Positions 11,281-23,134 of a stretch of DNA of 32,000 nt are shown here, in pieces. Below the pieces are notes generated by a model. The model made no database searches. It saw nothing but the letters and a program-made list of their open reading frames with translations, and was not told the DNA's origin. Numbering within the stretch: the first letter of the stretch is position 1; every line of letters begins with the position of its first letter. Position numbers and translations under genes: made by a program. The stretch is from assembly GCA_054661495.1 (NCBI GenBank), contig BAAFSQ010000008.1, positions 30,001-62,000 of the forward strand. Reading direction: 5' to 3'. This stretch comes from Zygophlyctis sp. KS116 (Eukaryota > Fungi > Chytridiomycota).

Positions 11281-12503
11281 ATGTCCATGCATGGCAGCAA
11301 TCCAGAGTTTCATGATCCACTTGAGGAATCTAATAGACAGAATAGTATAGGAGAGTATGAGTCAAGTACATTATCATTGTCTCACAAGGTTCTACAAGGC
11401 GCATCGACTACTCACAAGACAGTCTTTGCTATTGTGGAATCTAGTACATTCAACTATTTTATATTGACAATAATTATAGTAAATGCATTAATACTGGGAC
11501 TAGAAACTAATATTAATATTATGAAATGGTATAGTTGGTATTTTCTGTTATTGGAGAATGTATTTCTGGGGATATATTTATTTGAACTTGGAGCTAAAGT
11601 ATACAGTTTAAGAATGGAATACTTCAAGTCAAGTTGGAATATTTTTGATTTAATTGTTATTTTATCATCTTTAATTGCATGGATAGTCAAGGAAACAGTT
11701 GATTTGACTGTTGGAGTCTCAAAGTTGTGTAGTATAATTCGTGTCTTTAGAGCAGTTCGAATTATTAGATTCTTAAAGGAACTCAAGGATGTAAATTATC
11801 TCAAATCACTTCAACTTATTATTGAAACAATATTTACTTCATTTCCAACAATTGGAACAATTGGAGTTTTAGCAGGTGTTTTCTTATACGTGTGCGCTGT
11901 TGCATCAGTTATTTTATTTGGAGATATAAATCCATATAAATTTGGATCAGTTGGAAAATCGGTAGTTGCATTATTTGAAGTGATTACTCTAGATAGATGG
12001 TATTTTATGATTTTAAAAAAAACAGGGCTGAAATATATACTCATAATACAGATTATAAAAGTATTTGGATCTTGGGATTCGTTATAATCATTTTTGAGAC
12101 TTTTGTCTTTGAAAAGTAATCTTTTAAAATTTAAATTTATAGTCTATTTGTGGCAGTTATTGTCAATAATCTAAAAGGATCTAGAGAATTAATTGAATTA
12201 AGAAAGAAAAAGAGACACTCTAAATCTTTAAAACTCAAGGGAAATGATCGGGCTGCTTCTAAAGGTTCACTCGGACGAGATAAATTAGAGACTGAAGGAC
12301 TGGGAAATTTATTTGAACAGCAACACGGTATAGATGATTACTATCCTCCATATTTATCTAATCGTTTAAAAGAACTGCTATCATCGTATTATATGAATTT
12401 AGCTTCAATTGATCATGCTCAGGAATCTTATCAAAGACAACAAAAAGTTTTGGATGATCTTTTAGATCTTGGTATTAATTATCAAAATAAAGAATTTGAT
12501 TAG
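11281..12503 (+). CDS. CatSper-family single-domain voltage-gated Ca2+ channel alpha subunit (most like CatSper1), ~389 aa (introns 12000-12025, 12116-12142)
   Basis: 6-TM ion-transport domain: S1 FNYFILTIIIVNALILGLET, S3 WNIFDLIVI, S4 IRVFRAVRIIRFLK, pore FEVITLDRW, S6 NLFVAVIVNNL. The C-terminal coiled coil ELLSSYYMNLASIDHAQESYQRQQKVLDDLLD resembles the CatSper1 tail as I remember it. Confidence 0.8.
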
Positions 12504-12572
12504 TTTTATATTTTTTATACTACAAAATAGCAAAAAGAATTGTATTATGCATTTTCAATTGGATAGTTAAAT

Positions 12573-13253
12573 TTACCATTCAAATTCACCCGAAGACTTA
12601 CCATTAAATTTGAAAATTACCTTGTTAAAAAGATGGTCTTTTCCATTAACATTTATTACACCATCCTTGAAAATGCATTTCCATTTATTCTTGACTCTGC
12701 TTACTTTTTCATACTGACACAGCATTAAATTTGATGTTTCTGCATCTGCATCTTCTTCAGATTCATCCAAATCTGAATTTATATTATCATCATCATCCAA
12801 GTCTTCCTCTAAATCATCTTCATCATCAGCTCCATCGTTTTGTTGTACTCTTTTCAATCGATTAAACAATTGTTCATCTATAGACTTTGAAGACTATTAA
12901 AAATTAAGAATTATAGAATACAATTTGAGTATGTTCATCATTAGATCCGTCGTTTTGTGAGACCTGATATCCTAAAAATTACAAATATGACTTACCAGTT
13001 TCATTTGGGGGAAGAAACGGTCGACCGTGCTCATCAACAGATGGCAGTACTTTCATACCAGAGAGTTTATGCTCCCAATTCTAGTTTCAGTTGATGCAAA
13101 ACTCACTTGTTGCAGTTCAATTAGAATATTCTCATCAATACCCAATTCTGCAAAGTGCCGATGGGATTTCTCAATAACATCTTCAATGATCCATTTATAA
13201 ACTGATGGCTAGCGTTAAATTTCAAATAAACTTACTACGACTGTATTTGACAT
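12573..13253 (-). CDS. TOA1: Transcription factor IIA large subunit, ~183 aa (introns 13209-13235, 13081-13106, 12972-12995, 12894-12921, 12597-12620)
   Basis: N-terminal MSNTVVPSVYKWIIEDVI..GIDENILIELQQNWEHKL, QNDG motifs, an acidic tract INSDLD, and C-terminal NLMLCQYEKVSRVKNKWKC..GKDHLFNKSSGEFEW. Confidence 0.92.
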
Positions 13254-13340
13254 TAGCCAACGCACACCTACCAGCACTCATCAGACTCAACTTAGATTTT
13301 CTAAGCCACTTGTCAATACACACATTCAATATATTACAAC

Positions 13341-15221
13341 TTATAATTTCAATGATCCCAGACCATCAGATACCCCTGAATCAGTATCTATTACTGGTTT
13401 TGTGTCACTTATAAGTGGAGAAGTCCCATCAGCATAAGCTGGTCCGAGATCATTCATTGGGGTTAAACTGCCAACTTCCATAACTAAGCGTGCAGATTTT
13501 GATACCTTCTCTTTAAGAACATGAGATCCATTTTCTAAGCCCCCTAATTCCCTGAATAATTCTTCAAAATTTTTGATGAGTGTTTTAAGGCCCAAAAGAT
13601 ATCCTTGATCTGGTCCTTTTGTAGTTGGAGGATAATTGACACGAATTGCAAATTCATCATGATCTATTTCAGCAGATTGATCATATAAATGATCTGCATT
13701 TACAACACAGTTTGAGAAATCAATCATTTTAACTTGAACTTCCATATTTGTTTCAAAAGTGCTTCCGTCATATATAATAAGAAGACTGCTAGCATAGAAT
13801 CTACATTTCGGTAATTCCTGGATTACAGCTGATAAATCTACAAGTTTTTTAATTATTTGAGGAATATATCCAATTAAATAATGTGTTCCATTGTCTAAAA
13901 AGGATAAAAGAGACGTTTTAAAATTAGCAGCATGAATACCCCTTCCAACGTATTTGTCCAAATAAGCAAAACTACCAGTATCATTTTTAAACGCCTATAA
14001 ATTAAAAAATCCTCAAGTTTACTTGCATTCCACAAATACGAACACCAATCTTCTTTGAAGTAGACCTTTCGCATTTTCTCTCCTGAGACTGCTTTTTTTC
14101 TGGAGTAGCCATTACTCCGTGCTGCCTTGTACCCATTTTCAAATCTAATATACACGGAAAATCAAGTCCATGTGTTAAATCTTGCAAAAGTAAAAATTGA
14201 TGAGGAATTTTAGTGCCTGTTTTACTTGTACTTGCCAATTTTGAAACTTGATTAGAATATAAATGAAGTGACCAAGGATTAAACTGTTCTTGATCCAAAA
14301 TTTCATCATTATTTTTCTCCAAAATTGATTCTTCATCATCGTCAGACATTTGAAATATCGGACCCATGGTATCAGTTGAAATCTTATTTTTTTTAGATCC
14401 AGCAAACTTTGAATGTGTTAAAGAAACTTGTGAACCCACTGATAGTATACTTGCCTCATCAGCCTCTTTTTCTTCCTTTGCAAAACTTAACCTGCCCTTA
14501 TTCAGTGCACTTTGTGCTTGATTCATATTTTCATATCTTTTAATTATTTATCATATGTCTCTTACCTTGCTCTTATACTCTTTGGAGACCATGCCTAAAA
14601 TATTATCTTTAAATAATCGAAAGTAATATAAAGAATAATACGAACCTCTTTAAAAATCTGTCTCTGCATCTTCCTATTAAGCGATGTCCTAGAGCTATTC
14701 AGGTCTGCTTCTAAATCCAAATTAGGATCATCTACTAAAAAGTGTTTATTATCATCCAAATGAACGACCGGAACCCAAGACCACCAATCACTAATCGGTT
14801 CCTTAAATTTAACATTTACACATCCCAAGTATGATGCTACAAAAGGCTTTAGATCTATCAAGAAGAGTGATTTATCTAGCGTTTCATAAAAATCACGTTC
14901 CCTTGTATCTAACGGCTTACACAATGCCTTTTCTGAGAAGCGTAAAAATGAAGTATGGCCTCCTACCTGATTTTTAAACGGTGTTAGAGGTAAAGCAATT
15001 TGTGATTCAATGGGAATAATTTCAGAGTCATCGTCTGCTTCCATCCTCAAATTTAGCGGAAGATCCTTTGGCTGAGACTTTGAAAACTGTCCTTCGACCG
15101 CCTTCTTTTCTGTTGTCAGTGACGAATGTCTTCTTTCGAATCTATCTTTATTCACATTCGGGCTTGGAATAGAAACAGCTTCTTTCGTCAATGTAATAGA
15201 ACTACCTGCGCCTTGGTTCAT
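13341..15221 (-). CDS. KCS1: Inositol hexakisphosphate kinase (IPK family), ~590 aa (introns 14595-14645, 14537-14565, 13995-14022)
   Basis: [36 protein letters not shown] (IPK signature), [42 protein letters not shown]. Confidence 0.9.
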
Positions 15222-15342
15222 TTTAACGTTTCAACTCAAATTAAATTTTTGACGCTTTTACTGATCAATAATCTAATCAATAAAATCACTCTATAATTCG
15301 ATGACTTGTCTCAAATTCAACATTTTATTGTTAATTAGTTGT

Positions 15343-17054
15343 CTAATGCAATCTTCTCTTTTTATGGAAGATCTGCATGGGAGATCCCTCCACATTCTTG
15401 CTCCATTCAATCTAATATTAAAACTTGATATACTTACCATTGACTTATAATCCATGGGAGAAATATTCAATCTAGATCTTTCTTTATCTGTCCACAGAGA
15501 CTGTTCTTCAATCTTCTCTAAAAGTACACGCACATTCTTATTCATGTATGGGTTTTTAGATTTCTTTGACCATCTTTTGAGAAAGGTAGAGATTGGAATA
15601 CATAATTCAGGAAAAGAAATTGAAGGAATAGCGAAATAATCGTAAAATAGATCTAAAACGCATTCAAAGAGTCCCTTTTGATACACTGACGTAGACATAT
15701 AGCCAGAAGGTACGACTAAAAGTCCTGAAAAATCCAATGGTTTAAGAGTGCTAGGTTTTGCTTTTGCAGTTATTTCAGAACTTGATAAAATTTCCATTAG
15801 ATAAGGAGTAATTGGGATAAATACACCAGTTTTTTCACTTAAATTTAATAGAGTCTGAAGAATAATGTGATGCATTGGATAATTCTTTGAATTTGGACAT
15901 AGTCTTAAAGCTCCAATAGATATTTGAACTAGAGGATATACTAAATGCTTTAAATTTTCTCCACCATTTGGAGAATTTCCATAAGTAGCAATTACATCTG
16001 CCCATAATCTAATAGAGTTTACAAAAGGCCAGGAATGTATAACTGTATAATCTGAAGTTGAAGTAGCATTTTTCAAAGATAGAGCCAATTCTCTAATTCC
16101 TAAAAACCCAAAAGAATAAGTATTATGAAGAGATAACCCACTTAATTCCACCAAACATGAATTCATAAACTTGAGTTTAGTTAAAGAGAATGAATTAAAA
16201 TTTGAAACTTGATTAATTGCTTTAAGTGCACCTTTAAAAACCTTTTCCAAGAAAACTGAAGGACAAGACAAACAACACCTTCTTAAAACCAAAAATGCCG
16301 CCACTCGAACTCTTTCATCTCCTACACTCCAAAATTCCAATAATTCTTTATAAAACTCCTTTAAAAGTTTAGGAAAACTCGTATAATATGTGATAAATCC
16401 AGTTGATTTCTTTATAATTTCCACCAAAACTTTAGAATCTGTAGTATTCTTCATTACTTTCAGTAAATTTGTAAGAAAAGACTTTATAACTGGAGCCAAC
16501 TTTTTCCATTTTTTAGATTTTTCTCTATTTTCTTTACTAAGAATAACATTGAGCCCTTCTGGAACCACATCTAAAGTAGTAGAAACAATTTCATTGATCA
16601 TATTTTCATCCCAATCCAGACATTCCTCTTCTTCTCCCATATTTGCAACACTCTTAAAAGCCTTTGCTAATTTGACTAGAGACTTATGATTTGAACCTTG
16701 TTGAATTTTCTTTGCAAGACTTTTAATCTCTTCTATCTGATCTATGCGATCTTCCATGTCATCATCTTCCAACTTTTCCAACTCATCCTCCTTATCCTCT
16801 TCAGCGTCTTCAAGATCAGAGTCTGCAAGATCATCTTGGAGCCCATGCAGATCATCCTCCTCCTGATCATCCTGATCTGAATCATCAGAGAAATTTAGCA
16901 ATTCCTGATCATTTTCTTGCAGATAATTATAAAATTTGGGATCCTTGTCCTTTAATGCCTTGAGTTGATTCTTGTGGTGAGTCTTTCTAGGTTTCTTGAC
17001 TTTTGACAACTTGTTTTTCTGTAGAAACTTGATGGTCGATTTCTTCAATTTCAT
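15343..17054 (-). CDS. NOC2: Nucleolar complex protein 2 (intron 15412-15437)
   Basis: KSTIKF, HKNQLKALKDKDPKFYNYLQENDQELLNF, an acidic tract, VRVAAFL, FLGIRELA, LVYPLVQI, SISFPEL. The 3' end is inferred after a 26-nt GTAAGT..TAG intron. Confidence 0.92.
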
Positions 17055-17055
17055 T

Positions 17056-17117
17056 TCAAATTTGTATTCTTTTTTTCTATCCTCAACCTATAGAAGAGAA
17101 AAAAAGAATAAATTTGA
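17056..17117. repeat. Imperfect inverted repeat in the NOC2/SOF1 divergent promoter
   Basis: TATTCTTTTTTTCT (17065-17078) pairs perfectly with AGAAAAAAAGAATA (17097-17110), and TCAAATT (17056-17062) pairs with AATTTGA (17111-17117). Confidence 0.7.
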
Positions 17118-17156
17118 CCGCCAAAGAGCTAAAACTTGAACACCTAATTCTTATCA

Positions 17157-18514
17157 ATGAAAGTAAAAACCATCTCAAGATCTGATGATCATTCAGATCT
17201 GGCTTCTAGAGAGACTGCATTAGACATTTATAAAGTTTATAGAAATCATGATCCTCTACTGCATCCATTTGAGAGAGCAAGGGAATATACAAGAGCATTA
17301 AATGCAACAAAGTTATCTAGACTATTTGCTAAACCTTTTCTAAAGGCGTTGGATGGTCATATAGATGGAGTTTATACAATGACAAAATTTCCTTTACACA
17401 CAGGACTCTTGGCTTCAGGAGCTGGTGATGGAGAAGTCAGGCTTTGGGATTTATCAAGTGGAAAAACTTTATGGTTTGCGAAAAATGCTCACAAGGGATT
17501 TGTAAAAGGACTTACAGCTTCAGCAGCTGGGAATATTGTTTCTGTCGGAGATGATAAAACTGTTCAGATTTGGTCAAGAGATGATTATAAATCAATCTCA
17601 ATTTTTCATGGTAAAAATGCATTCACTGGTGTGGATCATCATAAATCTGAAAAAATGTTTGCTACTTCTTCTACAAAAGTGGATATTTGGGATTATTCAA
17701 GATCAGATCCGATAAATTCTTATACTTGGGGATCAGATACAATTACTACTGTTAAAATGAATCAAACAGAGTCAAATATTCTTGCTTCAGCTGGTACAGA
17801 TAGGTCTATAATTCTTTATGATTTAAGAACTCATTCTCCTATAACAAAGGTAATCTTGGAAATGAGAACAAATGCTATTTCTTGGAATCCAATGGAAGCA
17901 TTTAATTTTTCAATTGCTAATGAAGATCATAATATTTATACTTTTGATATGCGAAGACTAAAAAGAGCTTTGAATATTGGTAAAGATCATGTTGCAGCAG
18001 TTTTGGATTTAGATTACTCTCCAACAGGACAAGAAATAGTTACAGGTTCTTATGATAAAACTATAAGAATTTTTGATGTCTCTCAAGGAAGATCAAGAGA
18101 AGTTTATCATACAAAAAGAATGCAAAAAACCTTTTGTGTAAAGTTTTCAATGGATGGCAAGTTTGTTCTTTCTGGAAGTGATGATGGAAATATTAGACTT
18201 TGGAAGGCTAATGCTTCAGAGAAATTAGGAGCTGTAATATTCTTTATTTTTAACAATTATAGCTTACTGTTCGAGAAAAGAATTCCAAGAAATATAATAA
18301 TGCACTTCAAGAAAGATACAAGCATATGCCTGAAGTCCATAGAATCGCAAGACAGCGTAAAGTACCATCTGCAATCAAGACTACAACATCAAGAAAACGT
18401 GTCATTTTGGACTCAATATCTCGAAAAGAAGAAAACGTTAGGAAGCACTCAAAACCAGGATCGAAACCATATATTTCAGAACGAAACAAGCATATTGTTG
18501 CTACAGAAGAATAA
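17157..18514 (+). CDS. SOF1: U3 snoRNP WD40 protein Sof1/DCAF13, ~442 aa (intron 18234-18262)
   Basis: MKVKTISRS, DPLLHPFERAREYTRALNATKL, WD40 repeats, SREVYHTKRMQ, SGSDDGNIRLWKANASEKLG, and the Sof1 C-terminal HMPEVHRIARQRKVP after a 29-nt intron. Confidence 0.96.
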
Positions 18515-18520
18515 AAACAC

Positions 18521-19300
18521 TTACAAATCTTCATTCTGAGTTACTTCAGAGTCTTGAGTAGATTCCAACTGCCAAGCAGGAATTAATGGTTTACTTACGG
18601 CAGTGACTAGACCACCTTGGCCAACATTATGTGATATATTTGAGCTTAGTAAATTTTTCAATGAAAGTACTTCATTATGCAAATCTTTAACTAGTGATGC
18701 TTGATTTTCCTTGTGCTTTTCCATCATCTAACAAAATTAATATTGGTATAAATATACCTTGGGCAGTAAATTCTTGATCCCTTCAATTTCCTGCACTAAT
18801 CCCTGAATTAATTCTTCTTTTTCTTTATTTGCCTCTTCAAAAGCCTTGGACTGAGCGTCCAACTTTGAAGTTGATTCGATAACTTGATCATTCAAATCCT
18901 GAATGATTTTAAGTAATTCACTATTCGCCTTTTCATTAGAGTCTATACTTTTTGAGATATTATCTAAAGATTCTTCCATTTCAGACGTAGATCCAATCAT
19001 ATAAGGTGCCACGTATGTACTAAAAAGTTGGTATAATCCATAACTCCCACCCACCACTCCAATCATACAGAGAGCAGTGTCCTTCCATCCCCATTGAGAA
19101 TCATAATGAGCCATTGTACCAATCGGCATCTGCATAGATGAACCTGATGCTGATCCATTAACAATTGCCAATGCCTTTTGAATATCTTGCTGTGATAGTC
19201 CTTTAGATTCTAGAAAACTGATTCTCTTTGCAAGCGGCGCTTCTTGAACTTGAGGATCAGAGAGAAACTTTATCGCAGAATCCATTAAATCAGAGCTCAT
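18521..19300 (-). CDS. PEX14: Peroxisomal docking protein Pex14, ~249 aa (intron 18728-18757)
   Basis: Pex14_N motif SAIKFLSDPQVQEAPLAKRISFLESKGLSQQDIQKAL, a hydrophobic segment after WGWKD, a coiled coil, and IPAWQL near the C-terminus. Confidence 0.93.
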
Positions 19301-19319
19301 TTTAAGAATGAAGAATTTA

Positions 19320-20474
19320 TTAAAGACCTAAGCGATCGAAACCAGAAGCCATTAAATCCCAAATCACAAGTTTCCCATCGACTCCAGAAGACGACAACTT
19401 TATAATCTGACTTCCAGATAAAGAAAATGGACGAATAGACCTATAATATTAAAGGAAATAATATTTACGTGATTGTGTTTTGATGTACAGTTTTTAAATC
19501 TGTATTTGAAAAAGCTTCAGACTGAGCTTTAGAATCCATTTGTTTAAACTTGTTAAAAGCAGAATTTCCAGATAAACTAGCCTTTTTAGACCCCTGATCA
19601 ATTTTATCTATAAATTCCCAAACTCCATTTTTACAAGAAAACAATACTGGACAACAATCATGACCAGCAGCAATTATTTGAGTTTCAGAGACAAAAACAA
19701 GAGTCATAAAAGGTAAATTAGAGGTATTTACAGACATTACTTGTTCATTAGGACCATTTACTATAGAAAGAGAAGAATCATGTCCAACCCAACCTATAGT
19801 ATTCCCTAAAGGAGCCCAAGCCACTGAATGAACCCAAGAATTTGTCAAAAACTCTCCACAAACCGTCCCAAAAGGTAATTTCTCTCCCCAAATTGCATGA
19901 GAAGCTTTAGAATCTATTCCTTTTATCCAAGCAGAAAAAACCAAAACTTTTTTATCACAACCTCCAGTTACTAAAAGTATATTTTCTGGATGCCAATCTA
20001 GACAAAGTACAGTAGAAGTTATTGGTTTTTTCAAGTGTTTAGAAACCCACCAATCATTTTCCTGTTCAAAATAACAAATTGAAACCAATTTATCCCCAGA
20101 CGCGACTGCAAACTTATTCTCTAGAGGCGACCATTTCACAAAAGTAGCCGCTCTATTTATTCTTAGTAATACTAGAGTTGGTTTCCAAGAATTATTTTCA
20201 TAATTCCAAACATATGCATTTCTATCTTGAGAGCAAGATACAATCCTATTAGATTCAGGAGCCCAGTCTATAGCTGTAACTAATTTATCATGCTATAATT
20301 AACTATTATGTAAAATACCTGAATCAGAGAGTTTTCCAGAACCCATTGCCCCCCTGTATTCTTGTAGATAAAGACTATATTAGAGTTTGGAACAATAGCT
20401 ACGAGACTCTTGTCCTTGTTGAAGGCATGACAAGAGATTGGACCAGTTTCTTTTGGGAGATTTATCTCTGACAT
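19320..20474 (-). CDS. ARC40: Arp2/3 complex subunit 1 (ARPC1/p41), ~366 aa (introns 20293-20318, 19441-19468)
   Basis: PISCHAFNKD, HDKLVTAIDWAP, SCSQDRNAYVW, KPTLVLLRINRAATFVKWSPLENKFAVASG, ENDWWVSKHLKKP, TVHQNTIT, SSGVDGKLVIW. Confidence 0.95.
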
Positions 20475-20512
20475 TTGGTGATTAGAAGTTTGATTTTTTA
20501 GGTTATAACAGT

Positions 20513-20680
20513 CGTGTTTTAACAACCAATAGTCTACCGATGGTTAACTACCGATACCTAGTGACCGATATGCGTGTTTTAACTACCTACAACCGTGTGT
20601 CCTAGTGTAGTGACCAATAGTATAAATTTGCCTGTTTCACTGCCCTTAATATTTTTTTAAAAACCATAGAGTGACCGATA
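20513..20680. promoter_or_regulatory. Cluster of repeated ACC(G/A)AT / AGTGACC(G/A)ATA motifs in the ARC40/ESA1 divergent promoter
   Basis: ACCRAT at 20525, 20536, 20550, 20564, 20613 and 20674; AGTGACCRATA at 20560, 20609 and 20670; CGTGTTTTAAC at 20513 and 20573; TATAAA at 20621. Confidence 0.55.
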
Positions 20681-20693
20681 AAAAGAGCTGTAA

Positions 20694-21968
<1,275 letters not shown>

Positions 21969-21977
21969 AAGAAATGT

Positions 21978-23132
21978 TTATGATTTTGTAATTGGTCTTG
22001 GCCACCAGTCTGGCGCAAAGCCTTTAACACGAGTTCCTCCCTTGAGTAACAACCCATCTTTACCAACATATTCTAATCTTAAAAGTACAAGTCCAAGATT
22101 ATTGATTATAGATCCCATCTTTCCTATTGGTCGAGAGTTGCTAGCATTTGAACTAAAAATATCTTCAAATTCTGATATTTCCTTTTTAAACTGTTTATCC
22201 TCGTTTAATTGGATTGAACTTGGCGAACTGATGCATTAAATGTCAATTATTACCAATCATTTTCATTATATAGTACAACAGGAACGATCCTCTTCCTTGT
22301 TACACCTATATGATACGTTCTAATTGTTAATTCTTGTCCCAAATAGCATCCTTTACGAAAGTCAACTAAATCATTTAAATAATCAATATTACTCCCAGAC
22401 ATGTAATCAAAATTTGATTCCAATGGTAGTGCGACACCAGTCTGAAGATCCTTCTGACCTTCAGGAATTCCAAGTAATATTCTTCGTACATGATAATCAT
22501 CCATAGTTGCTTCATTAAATCCATTTAGCAAATGCACTAAATAATTAAAATAAAGTTTTTTACGGTTATTTAGTCTTGAATCTTCAACCACGAATCTAAT
22601 ACCCAAAAGTGGATGCCTAGGATCTTTGCATCCAATATCAACCAATCCATCTATTAATCCCTGCTTTGCTACAAATGATCCTAGAGGCAATTTACTTGAC
22701 ATTGGTGATACAGACTGCCCCCATAATTGCTCAGTCGACGGTCCCCATGCTTGAATGATCCGATGATCAGTTTTAGCAACATTAATTTTAGATCTTAATT
22801 TGTACTTTTGTAAATGTAATTGAATAAAATCAGCCATTTGTTTGTCTACATCTATAATAACAGACGGGATCTGAGTTCCGATCGATTTATTGACTGGATA
22901 AATGAATGCATCAGCGATCACTCTTCCCTGATCATTAATTAGACGATTTTACATTTGCCTGCAGGAACAAGGACAAAACTCCTTCGCCGCCCTGTTCAAT
23001 CTTATTCATTTGATTGGAAGTCAGTCCCTGCAAAAACTTGAAACAGTCAGGACCAGATATCTGTAGGCATGATCGATTCTTCAAGATTACGAATGCATCA
23101 AGAGAACGACTCAAGATTCGATTATTTTGCAT
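21978..23132 (-). CDS. IBA57: Mitochondrial Fe-S assembly factor Iba57/Caf17 (YgfZ family), ~349 aa (introns 22928-22952, 22537-22563, 22366-22392, 22228-22253)
   Basis: ISGPDCFKFLQGLTSN, GRVIAD, KYKLRSKI, DPR, the YgfZ signature GIDFRKGCYLGQELTIRT (spliced), GVTRKRIVPV, and C-terminal PDWWP. Confidence 0.93.
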
Positions 23133-23134
23133 TT

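Noticed and set aside
11281-12503. Horizontally acquired bacterial Nav channel
   Set aside because: The Asp-type filter, CatSper1-like tail and two host-type introns favour a native CatSper subunit.
15291-18539. C-terminal extensions of the NOC2 ORF (to 15291) and the SOF1 ORF (to 18539, overlapping PEX14)
   Set aside because: Both arise from reading through unspliced introns; the spliced ends are 15343 and 18514.
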